A stretch of DNA of 61,700 bases, filler included, from Nemertoderma westbladi (Eukaryota > Animalia > Xenacoelomorpha): the NCBI GenBank assembly GCA_032718475.1. It is 3 parts of 3 records of this genome, joined end to end, with 100 filler letters (N's around TTAATTAATTAA, not from the genome) between each part and the next. Parts side by side here need not be neighbours in the genome. Positions count along the whole stretch, not along the records: positions 21,284 to 52,109 come from JAUCBJ010008153.1; positions 52,210 to 61,700 come from JAUCBJ010004941.1; 1 more part is not named here. One strand, written 5' to 3'. This document shows positions 48,677-60,164 of this stretch, in pieces. The notes under the pieces were generated by a model. The model had not been told where the DNA came from, searched no databases, and was given only the letters and a program-made list of their open reading frames with translations. The position numbers were made by a program, and so were the translations under genes. Numbering within the stretch: position 1 is the stretch's first letter; each line of letters begins with the position of its first letter.

Positions 48677-50788
48677 ATGAAACCGACAGTGCGGCTACTT
48701 ACCGAAACTTTTCTGGGGTATGTTTACTTGTCCACCTTCGATGGGTTAGTCCCCCCGGTATGGATGTACGCGCAGGACGCACTGGGCCCTACCGGGTACG
48801 AGGCTGTGTTCGCCGTTTGGTTCGCCCCACTGGTGCTCGCCATCCCGGCGCTGTATCGTTCCTTCTCTTCTCGTTATGGAACCGCATTCCTCCGTCTCTC
48901 TTGTCTCCTTGGCATCGCATCGTTTCACGCCCCGGACGTTTACAAACGGATGGTCGTGGTTGCCGTTGGCAACGCCTTCATGGCAATTCTCTTGTGCGTG
49001 TCGCTGTGGAATAAAGATGCCAACAAAAGGAAATCCTTTTTCTGGGGGTTAATGTTGGGGGGTCTACTTCTTCAAACGTTTCGTATTTGGTTCGTTAGCT
49101 TCAATCCTTTGTACCTCCACCAAAAGATGAATAAGTTCATCACCGCCATTGCTTTCTTTGCTTCTATCGCTATTGTTGAAGATGATTTCCGAGTTGAAGA
49201 TGAGCCTGAGGTTATAAAAGGTTCTCAAGCTGAGACTGACGGCTCTTCTGAGCAGACGGGATCGCCCCGCACAAACCAGCATTGGTTCATCTCCGGCGTG
49301 TCTGTTGGTTCCTCTATGTTCCTACAGTGGGTGTTCTGTAACGAGGTGTCTGTTCTCTGCCGTTGGTGCGGCACTCCTTACCCCAACCGCGGTGCGGTCC
49401 CCAACCCCCACGGCTTACTGGTCCTCTTCGCCTCCGCCCTCGGGCTCCTCCTGGGACTCATCCGACCATCCCTCGCCTCCCAACCACTCGGTTGGTTCCT
49501 CGCGTTGCTCTCCTCCCTCGTCCTCCTCTACACTCGCTCCTACCCCTGTTTCCTCGCTGGGATCTTCCTCGTTCTCTACCTCGCCCTTAGTGCCCCGGCC
49601 CTGTACCAACGGGCCTCCCAGTGCGCCCCAGCCCCCACCATATTAGCCGCCCTCGCTACCAAACTCCTCGGCGGCGTCGCTCTCGTTTGGGTCACCGCTT
49701 ACAACTTCGTCCCTTACGGGATCTACGCTCGCGAACGCACCGACGTGGTAGTACTAGTCGCGATGGTAACCATATTCCTAGGTCTCTTCAGTTACAAACT
49801 GAAACCAGAAAACTCGAATCTCGAATTTCCCTCAAAATCGAAGGTCTATAAACTAATAAAAGTTCTAACTATCGGTGTATTCCTCTTGGGAGCCGCTGGT
49901 TTCGCATTTCGCTATCCGAATCTCGTAAAGAAATCGTCCGGGCAGACTGGTCGGGACTCGCTCACTGTGGGCGTCTGGGCGTTCCGTCTGGGTTATCGTA
50001 ATGACGGGTTCCCAAACATCGGAGCCGCCGTGCAACTCATCCGGGAGACCGAGGCCGACGTATTCTCCGTAATCGAGTCCGACTCATCGAAACCCTTTAT
50101 GGGTAACAACGACAACTGCGCCTATTTCGAGGAATCTCTAGGCTGGTACTGCGACTTCGGGCCATCCACTAAGGACCACACGTGGGGAGTGATGTTGCTC
50201 AGTAGGTACCCTATAGTGAGCAGTAAGCATCATCTGCTCCCGTCTCCCGAGGGGGAGTTAGCTCCAGGGATCAGCGCTGTCATCGATGTGTTGGGAGAAA
50301 AGGTTGAGATCGTTACGGCGCATTTCGGTAACCATAGGGACAATCTCGACCGGGAACTCCAGGCCAAATACATCGCGAAGTTGACGAGAAACTCTCGACT
50401 CCCTATCATCTACGTCGGGTATCTCACGTCCAAACCGGGCGGGCGGGATTACAACGAGATGACCATTAACGGGAATCTACGGGACATCGACCCGAGCGAC
50501 GCTCAGCGTTGGTGTCTGTACGTCCTGTACAACCGGTTGGTGCGGGTCGGGTACGCGAGGATATCGCACGGGGCGCTGAGCGACACGGAGGTTCAGTTGG
50601 GGAGGTTCGCCCTGCCCGGATCCAGGAGCGAACCCGATATGGTGACGACGGTGAGCGAGGAACACGTAGCCGAGTCGCGTCGGTTCAGTTCGGCCTTCGG
50701 GGGTTTCAGTTACGGCCATAACTCGGGGCCGCTAAACCGGTACCACATGGGAACCCCTAAGTATTTTATTCCCAATACAAAAAACTGA
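48677..50788 (+). CDS. CWH43: PGAP2-interacting protein / Cwh43 homologue (GPI-anchor lipid remodelling; multi-TM plus EEP-fold domain), 703 aa, single ORF
   Basis: Many hydrophobic segments, then WVTAYNFVPYG.YARERTD, ESDSSKPFMGNND, DFGPSTKDHTWG.MLLSRYPI, HHLLPSPEGELAP, HFGN..D.LDRELQ, DIDPSD.QRWC.Y and GYARISHGALSDTEVQ, all characteristic of Cwh43. Confidence 0.93.
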   Translation: MKPTVRLLTETFLGYVYLSTFDGLVPPVWMYAQDALGPTGYEAVFAVWFAPLVLAIPALYRSFSSRYGTAFLRLSCLLGIASFHAPDVYKRMVVVAVGNAFMAILLCVSLWNKDANKRKSFFWGLMLGGLLLQTFRIWFVSFNPLYLHQKMNKFITAIAFFASIAIVEDDFRVEDEPEVIKGSQAETDGSSEQTGSPRTNQHWFISGVSVGSSMFLQWVFCNEVSVLCRWCGTPYPNRGAVPNPHGLLVLFASALGLLLGLIRPSLASQPLGWFLALLSSLVLLYTRSYPCFLAGIFLVLYLALSAPALYQRASQCAPAPTILAALATKLLGGVALVWVTAYNFVPYGIYARERTDVVVLVAMVTIFLGLFSYKLKPENSNLEFPSKSKVYKLIKVLTIGVFLLGAAGFAFRYPNLVKKSSGQTGRDSLTVGVWAFRLGYRNDGFPNIGAAVQLIRETEADVFSVIESDSSKPFMGNNDNCAYFEESLGWYCDFGPSTKDHTWGVMLLSRYPIVSSKHHLLPSPEGELAPGISAVIDVLGEKVEIVTAHFGNHRDNLDRELQAKYIAKLTRNSRLPIIYVGYLTSKPGGRDYNEMTINGNLRDIDPSDAQRWCLYVLYNRLVRVGYARISHGALSDTEVQLGRFALPGSRSEPDMVTTVSEEHVAESRRFSSAFGGFSYGHNSGPLNRYHMGTPKYFIPNTKN

Positions 50789-52109
50789 CGCTCATTGAGG
50801 CTTGTTTGCTAATATTATACATTATTTTTCTCGTTTTCATTCAATAAATTCGCTTTTCGCTTCACAGGTTATATAAATTGAGTTTCCCCTTAGGCTCGTC
50901 CGTCATTCATTTTTTTTCTCATCATTATCAAACACATTATTGATTATAAAACAATTGTTTATCATTGAATTAAAAAAAGATAATTACAATCACAACGTCG
51001 TTCAGAGCTCAATTATATTAGTAAAGACTGGTGGATCCAAAATATAATATAGAAAATAATTGTATCATATGATAACATTTCCTTCATCATCCCCGTTATA
51101 CCGGAAGTGATGTCATTTATGGACGACGCCTAAGGTGGACTTTATTTATTTATGCAATAATTTATTACTTTTCCTTCTTGTTTCAACCTATAGATATAAA
51201 TATGGTTTAGGTTTTATATTTTTTATGACCAGTTTCTGTGGTTGTGGTTATTTAATACAATGTAAGCATTGGACAAGCGGAGTGTACCGATTACTTGTTT
51301 GTTACTCTTTAAAATTGACTTTCTATCCAAATTCTAGAGGAAGTAGCAGGATTTATGATGGCTCTTTATCTCCCTAGAGAGATAAACTGTCACATAGTAT
51401 CGGAACTACCCCTGGTTCGCGCCATGCCGTGCATCTCTAGGTTTGATGTAATTTTTGGATATAGTTGAAATCCTCCAGTCGTCGGCCTTTGGGAGGCGAG
51501 TTTACCATGGGTCCGTCCAACCAATCAGCGGTGAGACGCGCAACTCGCGACCCCCCTAGATGACGCGGGAGAAGTGCTTGGAGGTGCAGTAATTTCGAGA
51601 AGGAAGATGCAATTTACGTAAATACGAGTGCGTAATACACGAAAATGAAATAGCGTTATTATTTTATTTCTGTGTAGAAAATGTTATTTAGTAAAGTAAT
51701 CCAAACCGAATCAACTGGTATAGTACAAATTTAGACCATTATCAATTATTTATATCATGAATAATTTCAGACTAAGATATTTATTAGGTGGCTATTATTA
51801 TACAACAGTAATAGTTTTTAGTTTACTAATAAATTTTATGCATTCCTCACGTATGCAAATATTCCAGAAATTATTTAATTTGCAACTAATTATCATTTAA
51901 CTAATTACTCATTATTAGCGTTTCCCTTACGAGGATATTCTTTACGTATAGTGCAAATATGCTACATTTATGCTGTCATAATCGATCAAATATATGGATA
52001 AACACAACTTTATAATACTCTAAACCAATTTTATAATACTCTCAGACAACTTTATAGTACTGTATTTATATATAGTCTGATCCGCTCACACCCTAGACTA
52101 GTGTATAGT

Positions 52110-52209
52110 NNNNNNNNNNNNNNNNNNNNNNNNNNNNNNNNNNNNNNNNNNNNTTAATTAATTAANNNNNNNNNNNNNNNNNNNNNNNNNNNNNNNNNNN
52201 NNNNNNNNN
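52110..52209. other. Artificial contig linker
   Basis: N44-TTAATTAATTAA-N44. Confidence 0.97.
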
Positions 52210-53469
52210 GAGATAATCCAGTTCGGACTAAACGGATTTGTTTAAGTATCCTGAGCACTTATTTCGATCCATTGGGATTTATTAGCCCAGTTATATTGAT
52301 TGCTCGGAGTTTAGTACAACAAATGTGGCTTGAAAACCACTCATGGGACGATCCACTTAAGGGAGAATTATTAAAGAAGTGGATGAAGTAGGCCTTTAAC
52401 ACAGAGAGAGGCAGAATTACCTAGGGAATGAGTAAGCTTTTATGAACCACCCTTTACTAATACCGGTGTGGATTTATTTGGCCCTATTGAAGTATATCGT
52501 GCTAGGACTATAGTCAAGAGATGGTGTGTAATCTTTGTTTGTATGACTTGTAGAGCCATCCATCTCGATATGGTGAACGATTTATCTACCAACAGCTTTC
52601 TATTAAGCTTACGACGACAGATCGCTCGCTTTGGCACTAGTAACACGATGAGATCTGATAAGGGAACAAACTTCATTGGTGCCAACAATGAAATCAAAGC
52701 TTACGTCAAAGATTGGAACCAAAGACAGGTGGACGACCAACTACGAGTAACAGCGTCTAGTTGGACCTTCAACGCCGCCGACACCCCTTGGTGGGGAGGA
52801 AGTTGGGAGAGATTAATAAGAAGCGTGAAGACAGCATTTCATTTTATAGTGCCTTGCCGCGCTTATCTCACCGACGAACTTTTGAGGATGTTAATGGAAG
52901 AAATCGCCGCCTATCTCAACGAGAGACCGCTTATGCCAGTCTCATCGAGTCCCGATTCCCTGGAAGCGCTAACAGCCGCGCACTTCCTACTGAAGAAACC
53001 TGTAGCCATGCTCCCACAATCGGAAATCACAGACGGAGATGAATACTGCCGACAAACTTGGCAACTCATGCAGTTGTTATCCCGTCGTTTCGCTGACCAT
53101 TTCGAAAAACATTATCTGCCCACGCTACAACTTCGAACCAAGTGGTTTGCGCAGCAAGAAAACGTTAGCGCTGGAGACATGGTTCTTATTGTGGATGTAG
53201 ATCTTCCACGTAAGAGGTGGCAGACAGGTCGTATCATCGAGACCCACATCTCGGATGACAGTTTGGTGCGATCGGTAGAACTCGTCGTCATGCGACGTAA
53301 CTTCAAGAAACCGGGAATTGTCTTCGAGACGCAGCAGCTCAATCGCCCGGTGGGACGTTTATGTTTACTGGAAAGAGACAGAGAACTCTCCGGAAACTAT
53401 GGGAGACAAGATACTCTTCCCACGACCACCTCCCTAATCCAACAAACATCTAGGGACTCCCCAACTTAA
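52210..53469 (+). mobile_element. Second BEL/Pao element: internally deleted pol ending in integrase (ORF 52468-53469)
   Basis: TKRICLSILS.YFDPLGFISPV..WDDPL joined directly to EPPFTNTGVDLFGP, CRAIHLD, SDKGTNFIGA, GGSWERLIRSVK, YLPTLQLRTKW and GDMVLI. The RNase H and HHCC regions are missing. Confidence 0.92.
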
Positions 53470-53487
53470 CAACGGCTGGAGTGGGTG

Positions 53488-53899
53488 TGTGACCATATTA
53501 CTTTATATTTGTATTTGTTTTATTTTTATATTTATGTATGTATTATTATGTAATTTTATTTTAATCGTTTTATTTAATTTTATTTAGTAGTATAGTATTT
53601 TAGAGATTATTTAGTAGATTAGTGCAATATATATTCGCGTTTATTATTTAATTACGTATATTATATATTTAGTGCGACGGCGAGAAATAATTCTTTTTCT
53701 CTTTCCTTACTGCCCGTATTACATTATCAATACGTGACTACAGTAAGATGAAATATCCGTACTTATTAAAGTACAATAAAGCCACTACTATATTTAAGTA
53801 TTATTGGTAGGCAGAGTATTAGGACTGCAAAGTTCAGATCCTCGTGTCTCGGCTAAACCAAGCTCTGGGTAGACCTTGGAAACGACTTGCCTCTTCACA
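53488..53899 (+). repeat. Possible 3' LTR (TGTGA...TCACA, 412 bp) of the second BEL/Pao element
   Basis: Follows the G-rich tract GGCTGGAGTGGGTG, has 5-bp terminal inverted repeats and an internal AATAAA. No second copy is available in the window to confirm it. Confidence 0.4.
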
Positions 53900-54470
53900 C
53901 TGACATTGCTTCGTGCGATATTGCTCTCATACCGTATATTAAATAATACATATAGTAGCGTGATGTCCCTTTAACAGTAGCGTATAACGCAAAATAAATC
54001 TGTTAAACCCTTTGACCATATGTAATTCTAGTCGATTAAGATATCGCGGCACCCACCGATATACTTGAAAGACAAATTTCTAGAATCAATGGTTAACGTC
54101 CCCAGACAAGTTATGGAATAAACTGGTGCCCATCCTAAATATTAATTATTAATATTTACAAAAATCTGTCAAATATCAGATCCTTTAAAATTCTAGTCGA
54201 TTAAGATATCGTAGCACTTACCGATACTCTTAAAAGGACAAAATTCCTAGAATCAAGGATCCCAGTCCCCAGACACATTCTGGAATAAAATTGTGTCCAT
54301 TTTAATATTAAATAATAAAATTTACGGGAATAAATTTAAATTCATATATTTCAATGAATTTAATAAATTGTCATTTTATACAATTTATAACATTCCCAAA
54401 ATTCCATTTATTAATAGATCATGGGAGCGGAGATTCACTCTATTAAGACGGTCCGGTATTAAGACTTCTA

Positions 54471-54811
54471 GTCCGGTTATCTGTCCACTACAGGCCTATG
54501 TCTTCTACGTCCGGTTATATGTCCACTACAGGCCTATGTCTTCTACGTCCGGTTATATGTCCACTACAGGCCTATGTCTTCTACGTCCGGCTATATGTCC
54601 ACTACAGGCCTATGTCTTCTACGTCCGGTTATATGTCCACTACAGACCTATGTCTACTACGTCCGGTCATTTGTCCACTACAGGCCTATGTCTTCTAGTC
54701 CGGTTATCTGTCCACTACAGGCCTATGTCTTCTATGTCCGGTTATATGTCCACTACAGGCCTATGTCTTCTACGTCCGGTTATATGTCCACTACAGACCT
54801 ATGTCTTCTAC
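54471..54811. repeat. 38-bp tandem repeat (GTCCGGTTATATGTCCACTACAGGCCTATGTCTTCTAC), about 9 copies
   Basis: 38-bp period (54471, 54509 and onward). Confidence 0.95.
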
Positions 54812-55408
54812 GCGTTCCATCCTTATTTATTAGCGTCTGTGGAACAAAAAACACGCATACCGAGTTACGATCTAATGAAGCGTGTTGGTGAGTGTATTTC
54901 CACTAAATTTGTTAGAAGATACCTTAGGAACGTCAATCCTAACGATATCACTTCATACCATTTGATCAATTATATCCGTCAAGACCCTGAGTATGGCGAT
55001 TTATTTATCAACTCTCACCCTGAGATACAGGAAGTATCTCGACGGCCCTACGAATATCGAGCCCGAGAACGCGAGCTGGAAAGAACTATTAAACCAAGGA
55101 AGTTTCTCACCACTCACGGTCCGCCTACCGCCATTGCCCAGACAACCCGTCAAGGACCCGTAGGAGCTGCTGTCCTGAGGCGCGCCCTAAAGGCTGTTAG
55201 ACCTCGCTCCACGGAAGTTGATATCGATCAACCAGGTACCTCGACCGGCGGATACACCGATCGCAATCCGAAACCTTCTGATGCAATTGTATTGCACCCT
55301 TCACCCAGGAGTTACAGCCCTCCTAGTAAAGTGGCTCGCCCCAAAGAGAAAAGGACTCTTACTAGCCTCAAAAAACTGCGTAAACGCCGTCCGCGTAAGA
55401 AAGACTAA
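54812..55408 (+). pseudogene. C-terminal part of the family X accessory ORF (second copy)
   Basis: RRPYEY.ARERE.E.TIKPRKFLTT.G.PTAI...HPSPRSYSPPSKVARPKEK.TLTSLKKLRKR..RKKD is shared with 23820-24210. Confidence 0.7.
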
Positions 55409-55486
55409 CTGTTTAGAGTATTTTTATATTTTAGAAACTGTGATTTGTTATATTTTATAGACTTAAATCCCATTTTCTGGGAGCGG

Positions 55487-56646
55487 TGTAAAAGCTTTTG
55501 CGTAATTAACCGGTTATTTTCCCTTAAAGTACTCTGTAGTTGGTTTGCCAGGCATAAAAAGGCCGTGTCCTTGCTGTACTGGTGTTTTAGAGGACATAAA
55601 AGTCATTTCCTCTGTATTTGTACTTTAGAGGACATAATCCGCAATCTAGTGACGCGATAAGCTATATACTCTTGAAAACAGTGTCGCTACCATGACGACG
55701 GCTAACAGCTGATATTGCCACGTCGACATTTCTTTGTTTCTTTGTTCTCTCGTTGTTCGGTTGACCAATCAGAGCGTTTTTGTCTCTGTGTTGGAGGTGG
55801 ATACAGAACTCAGTAGTTCAGTGTTATGTTTTTGCCCAGAGCCTAAGAACACCGGCTTTTGGCACCTCCGTGTTTCAGTCTTTAGTCTTACATTAGTAGG
55901 CTTAATTATAGAACGTATATCTGTTATCAAACGACTTACTACCTACTTAATTACTCACTCACTTAATAATCATTTATACCTTAACTTTACTGCTTTTGCT
56001 GTCGGTTATTCATTATATTGGTTGATGAAATATTATATCGGAATACTGATCAATAATCAGACACCCAACCTTCTTGATATACTAAAGGTTAGAGAGACCG
56101 GTTACAGATAAACGATTGCGACCTATGTTAAGTGGTTTGAAGTGAATCTAATGCTATTTCATATGCCCGACATAAATTGTCTGTTGCTCTCTTTATACGT
56201 GACTAAATTTAGTGAAGATCGGCAGATTAGTGTGCAGTATTGTGCAGCATTGTGTATGAGTGTAACTGATAACAAAGCATCTCCTAAAGAATGCGCCATA
56301 TACGTGAATCTATAGCCTTTTCGTTGTGTCTAGTTTAAGTCATAACTCTGTTTACATATTTAGAGCGCCACGTCCTAAAGCAACTGTTAATATTTCCCGA
56401 AAGTGAATAATATTGTCAGAGATTATATATTACGATCAGTCGAATAATACGGTAGGCTTACACCATCAATCATTAAGCTCCGAATTCGGTCTCCCGGGTA
56501 TATCCAGCGGGTGAATGATTGCGCATAGACTGGCTTCGGCTAATGTAGTGTATCAAATACTCGTCATAGGCTAAAGACTATCTATCATCCAAAAGACATT
56601 CTAATTTTGGCAGGTTAAACTGTCAAAGGTCTTAAAAGCGCAAACA
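55487..56646 (+). mobile_element. 3' LTR of family X (long version, 1160 bp)
   Basis: The PPT CTGGGAGCGG is followed by TGTAAAAGCTTTTGCG. The last 310 bp or so are homologous to 24400-24705 and end AAAAGCGCAAACA. Confidence 0.7.
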
Positions 56647-57379
56647 CTGGCAGCGTCAATTACAGATTCTGGAACTATTTCGGGTCAACTCAATTAATGA
56701 GGAACAGTCAATAGACTGCAAGTTTGCAAGCCAATATAAACTGATTTAGATACATTAACTGTAGTTTACATTTCCTAAGTGATTATGCGCCCCAAATAAT
56801 TTATAATTTTCTATTCAATTGCAAGACTATATCCACAAATATAGCGCCCACAATTCATGAACCGACCCAATATATACTATTATATTTTGTAAGTTTTCTG
56901 ATTCTTTATTTAGAAATTCGAATGGGTTTTCGTTAGAAGTCAGACAGTTTTAACACAAAGTAAAGCCGTGTGAATGTTTGTACTCCTTTAATGAAATCCT
57001 ATTATTTGTGTTATTCTTAATTAATATTTGCTAACTGTCTCAACATTGTATTTCTTTAGTTTTTAATCCGTTCAAACTCAGCAGACATCTTTTGTTAGCT
57101 GGTTCGTAACATAACCAACCTAGCACTTCCACTGTTGACACATCTCATAAACCGCAAATATTTTAAAACATATTCAGGAGCAATGACTACGTTGTAAATG
57201 GTATGATAAAAAGTTATGGCAGACTATAGATTAACTACATTCAGTCTGGTCAGGTGCAAAGAAAGTCGCACAAAGTTCAGGGAGATCTCTACTTTTATCG
57301 ATTGTGATTTTTTACAATCATTGACTGAATACGTCGGAAACTTAAGTTCCGATTATTTGGAGCAGCAGTAGTTCCAGCA

Positions 57380-57610
57380 GCCGCCTCCGCTTTACAGGAT
57401 ATTGCTTTCGCCGTGAGGGCAAGCCTGTGCATAATCGTGTGCTTTGGCATCCCCATGGAGAGACTAAACATGGCGGACAGCCCATAACTTTCTTGAGACG
57501 CCTCATAAAGAAAAATTGCCTTGAAGAAGAGGATAATCTCGCGAAAGTCATGGGGGATAGGGTTTTGTGGCGGAGCAACATTGTTGATAAGCCGGTATAG
57601 AATTCTTAAA
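57380..57610 (+). mobile_element. Diverged RTE-like LINE 3' fragment (same family as 1401 and 16768)
   Basis: CGCCTCCGCTTTACAGGATATTGCTTTCGCCGTGAGG...CATGGCGGACAGCCCAT matches the reverse complement of about 16815-17045. Confidence 0.8.
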
Positions 57611-58949
57611 GCTCTCTGCATTGGGGTCGGAGATGTCTATTGTGGATTTCATGGTGGTGGCAAAATATTTTTGTTAATCCAGCATAGCATCTCTATGTGC
57701 AGTTTCAATACAGCATGGCGATTATAGTAGGCCCTGTACTGTAGTTGGAGTAGTGATTTTACACAGAGTAGATCATTGTATATTTCTATATTTATATTTC
57801 AATTGATTTATTTCTATTGATGATTTTTACTACGTCTGTGTAGGAGAAGGCTCTGAGTGGCGCAATATTGTATAATGATACTTTGTAATTGTGCAAACTT
57901 ATCATTCAGTAGTCCGCTAAATAATTGATGTAAATTACGAACTGATTACTCTTATATTTTACTGCCTAACAAACGCAAAGTTTACAAGAAAACGAGTAAG
58001 AAGCATCTAAGAAGCTGAATCTTTACCGCTACTTTAATATTTTATAAAATTATTAATATTATTATATTTATTTAATATTTATTTAAACAATGATGGCATT
58101 GGGGGCAATACCCCCCCCCCCCCCTCCCAACTTCTTTTCAGATTAAAGTTTTATATTAATGATAAAAAATAATTAATTGAAAATTTAAATACTTGAATTA
58201 AAAACCAATTAAATCTTTTACCCTATTCGTCTTTCCAACGGAAGCGGCATACAGCGAATATGAAAGTTGTTTCCATTTCTCTACTCAAGTACTCAGCATG
58301 GAGAAAAGGTATTAAATAATTATGATTGGCTTTCATAAAGCACACAGGAACTGCAGACTGTCTGTAACTAGGAAAGTAGTGGCGGCAATTATATCATATA
58401 ATCATAACAGGTAATCTAAAATGATAATTGGAATACAATGGTAGCTACTCCTGCCTAGTCGTTGTTCTACCTACTGTATTATAGGTTATAATAAAAGTAT
58501 TATGTGGTTGAAATCGAACCATTTTATCAAATAAACTCAACAAAAACAGTCAGCCAACAATTCGAACAGCGGAATTCAAACATGAGCTAATGTATAGCTT
58601 GGATTAGTCATATTAATTACCATATCAAAAATTCCCATATCTCCCCATATCAAAATATCAAATATTGTCGTTCTGAAATTCGGCCTTCAGTTATTTGCAC
58701 TACATGACATGTTTGCTAGGCCTTTAGTATAGAACGCCATGCTATCTATACTACAACTGTATAGTATACAATAGCATACAATCTCTATCATCAATGTACG
58801 GACAATGGAGAATACTAGACAAGAAGTGTTCTAGAAGTTTATTGTTTCTAACATAATGAAAGTAAATAAATTAAATATGTTTAAATATTAAGCACATTAC
58901 TGAATTGCGGGAATAAAGGCGGATAGAGCCCACCTAGGGAGGCCTGCCT

Positions 58950-60164
58950 TCACAACTCTACCTCAATTTCATTCCATGAGTCACGCAGGCCAGCAATGTA
59001 TTTCATATCTTCTATACGAATGCATTCTACAGCGCCTTCTCGCGTGCGTTTCCTGTAACAGACAATCACTAAATAAACAGCAACTCCTATTCCCGCCAAT
59101 CCGCCCATTGTAGCCCCAATTATCACGTACATATACGTGTCGGATTTGTCAGTCTTTTTATCTTTAATGATAGTCTGTTTATGGTGACTGTTTGGTGATG
59201 TAGTAATGATTAGTGAGTTATTGGCGCTCTTTGTAGATTTCTCTATTGACGATGTGGAGACTTTAGTTGAAAGTGTAGTTGCAGATATTTTTATTAAAGA
59301 TGGTGTAGTTGTAGAGTCTGTAGTTGATGATGCAGTTCCGGTAGTTTGATTATCAAACTCTTTAGCATCGACAGTAGAAACACCAATTGATAACTCAGTT
59401 GCTGACGTTGTTGTTGTTGTTGTTGTAGATTTTTTTGCTTTTGGATCCCCGCTGGTTTTGGTTTGTGTTATATATCCCTCAGTTGGTTTAAAAGAAATTG
59501 AAGTAGATGATCCCATGGTGGTTGATGTTTCCTCAGAGAGGCTTATTGTACTAGTATTTACTTCTGGAATAAACTTTGTAGGTTCAGTAGATGACCCCAT
59601 AGGGGTTGATGATACTTTTGTAGATGACACCATGGGGGTTGATGTTTCCTCAGAGAGGCTTATTGTACTAGTATTCGCTTCTGGAATAAACTTTGTAGAT
59701 TCAGTAGATGACCCCATTGGGGTTGACGTTCCTTTTGATAGGCTTATTGTACTAGTATTTACTTCTGTCGTAGTCGTGGGAGGTTTATATGGAAGTTCTG
59801 CTGCTGTTGTTTGATTTTTATTAATTATAATTTCACTTGAGGTGGGCATAATTGACGGAATTGTTGTGGGATTAACATCATTTACATAATCAGTGACAGT
59901 CGTAGTTGCTAATAATTCTTCTTCTGGAATTATTCTAGAAATAGATATATTTTTGACATGTTCGGAAACTCCCATTGTAGATTCATACGTTATTGCAGCG
60001 TCAGTGCTACTACTCATAAAGTTTCCCTCTTTAACAACAATATCGGAATCAGTTGAATTCACATTGTCTCCATGAGATAAAATCGACTCAGTTTTGACGA
60101 TTTCTCCGGAAATAAGTAAAATAAATATTAGATTAAGTGCAAGGCGATGAGCACAAATTAGCAT
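58950..60164 (-). CDS. Mucin-like type I single-pass membrane protein (404 aa)
   Basis: N-terminal hydrophobic signal (LALNLIFILLISG), an S/T-rich ectodomain with repeats (PMGSSTE.TKFIPE.NTSTISLSEETST), TM YVIIGATMGGLAGIGVAVYLVIVCY, an RKR stop-transfer and a short tail. Confidence 0.85.
   Translation of the reverse strand: MLICAHRLALNLIFILLISGEIVKTESILSHGDNVNSTDSDIVVKEGNFMSSSTDAAITYESTMGVSEHVKNISISRIIPEEELLATTTVTDYVNDVNPTTIPSIMPTSSEIIINKNQTTAAELPYKPPTTTTEVNTSTISLSKGTSTPMGSSTESTKFIPEANTSTISLSEETSTPMVSSTKVSSTPMGSSTEPTKFIPEVNTSTISLSEETSTTMGSSTSISFKPTEGYITQTKTSGDPKAKKSTTTTTTTSATELSIGVSTVDAKEFDNQTTGTASSTTDSTTTPSLIKISATTLSTKVSTSSIEKSTKSANNSLIITTSPNSHHKQTIIKDKKTDKSDTYMYVIIGATMGGLAGIGVAVYLVIVCYRKRTREGAVECIRIEDMKYIAGLRDSWNEIEVEL

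Noticed and set aside
54293-54811. N-terminal half of the 371-aa ORF
   Set aside because: AT-rich DNA plus the 38-bp array read through by chance. Homology to the other copy is clear only downstream.
58950-60164. Mucin-like ORF as a retroelement env
   Set aside because: It lies outside any LTR pair, on the opposite strand and more than 2 kb beyond the family X LTR.
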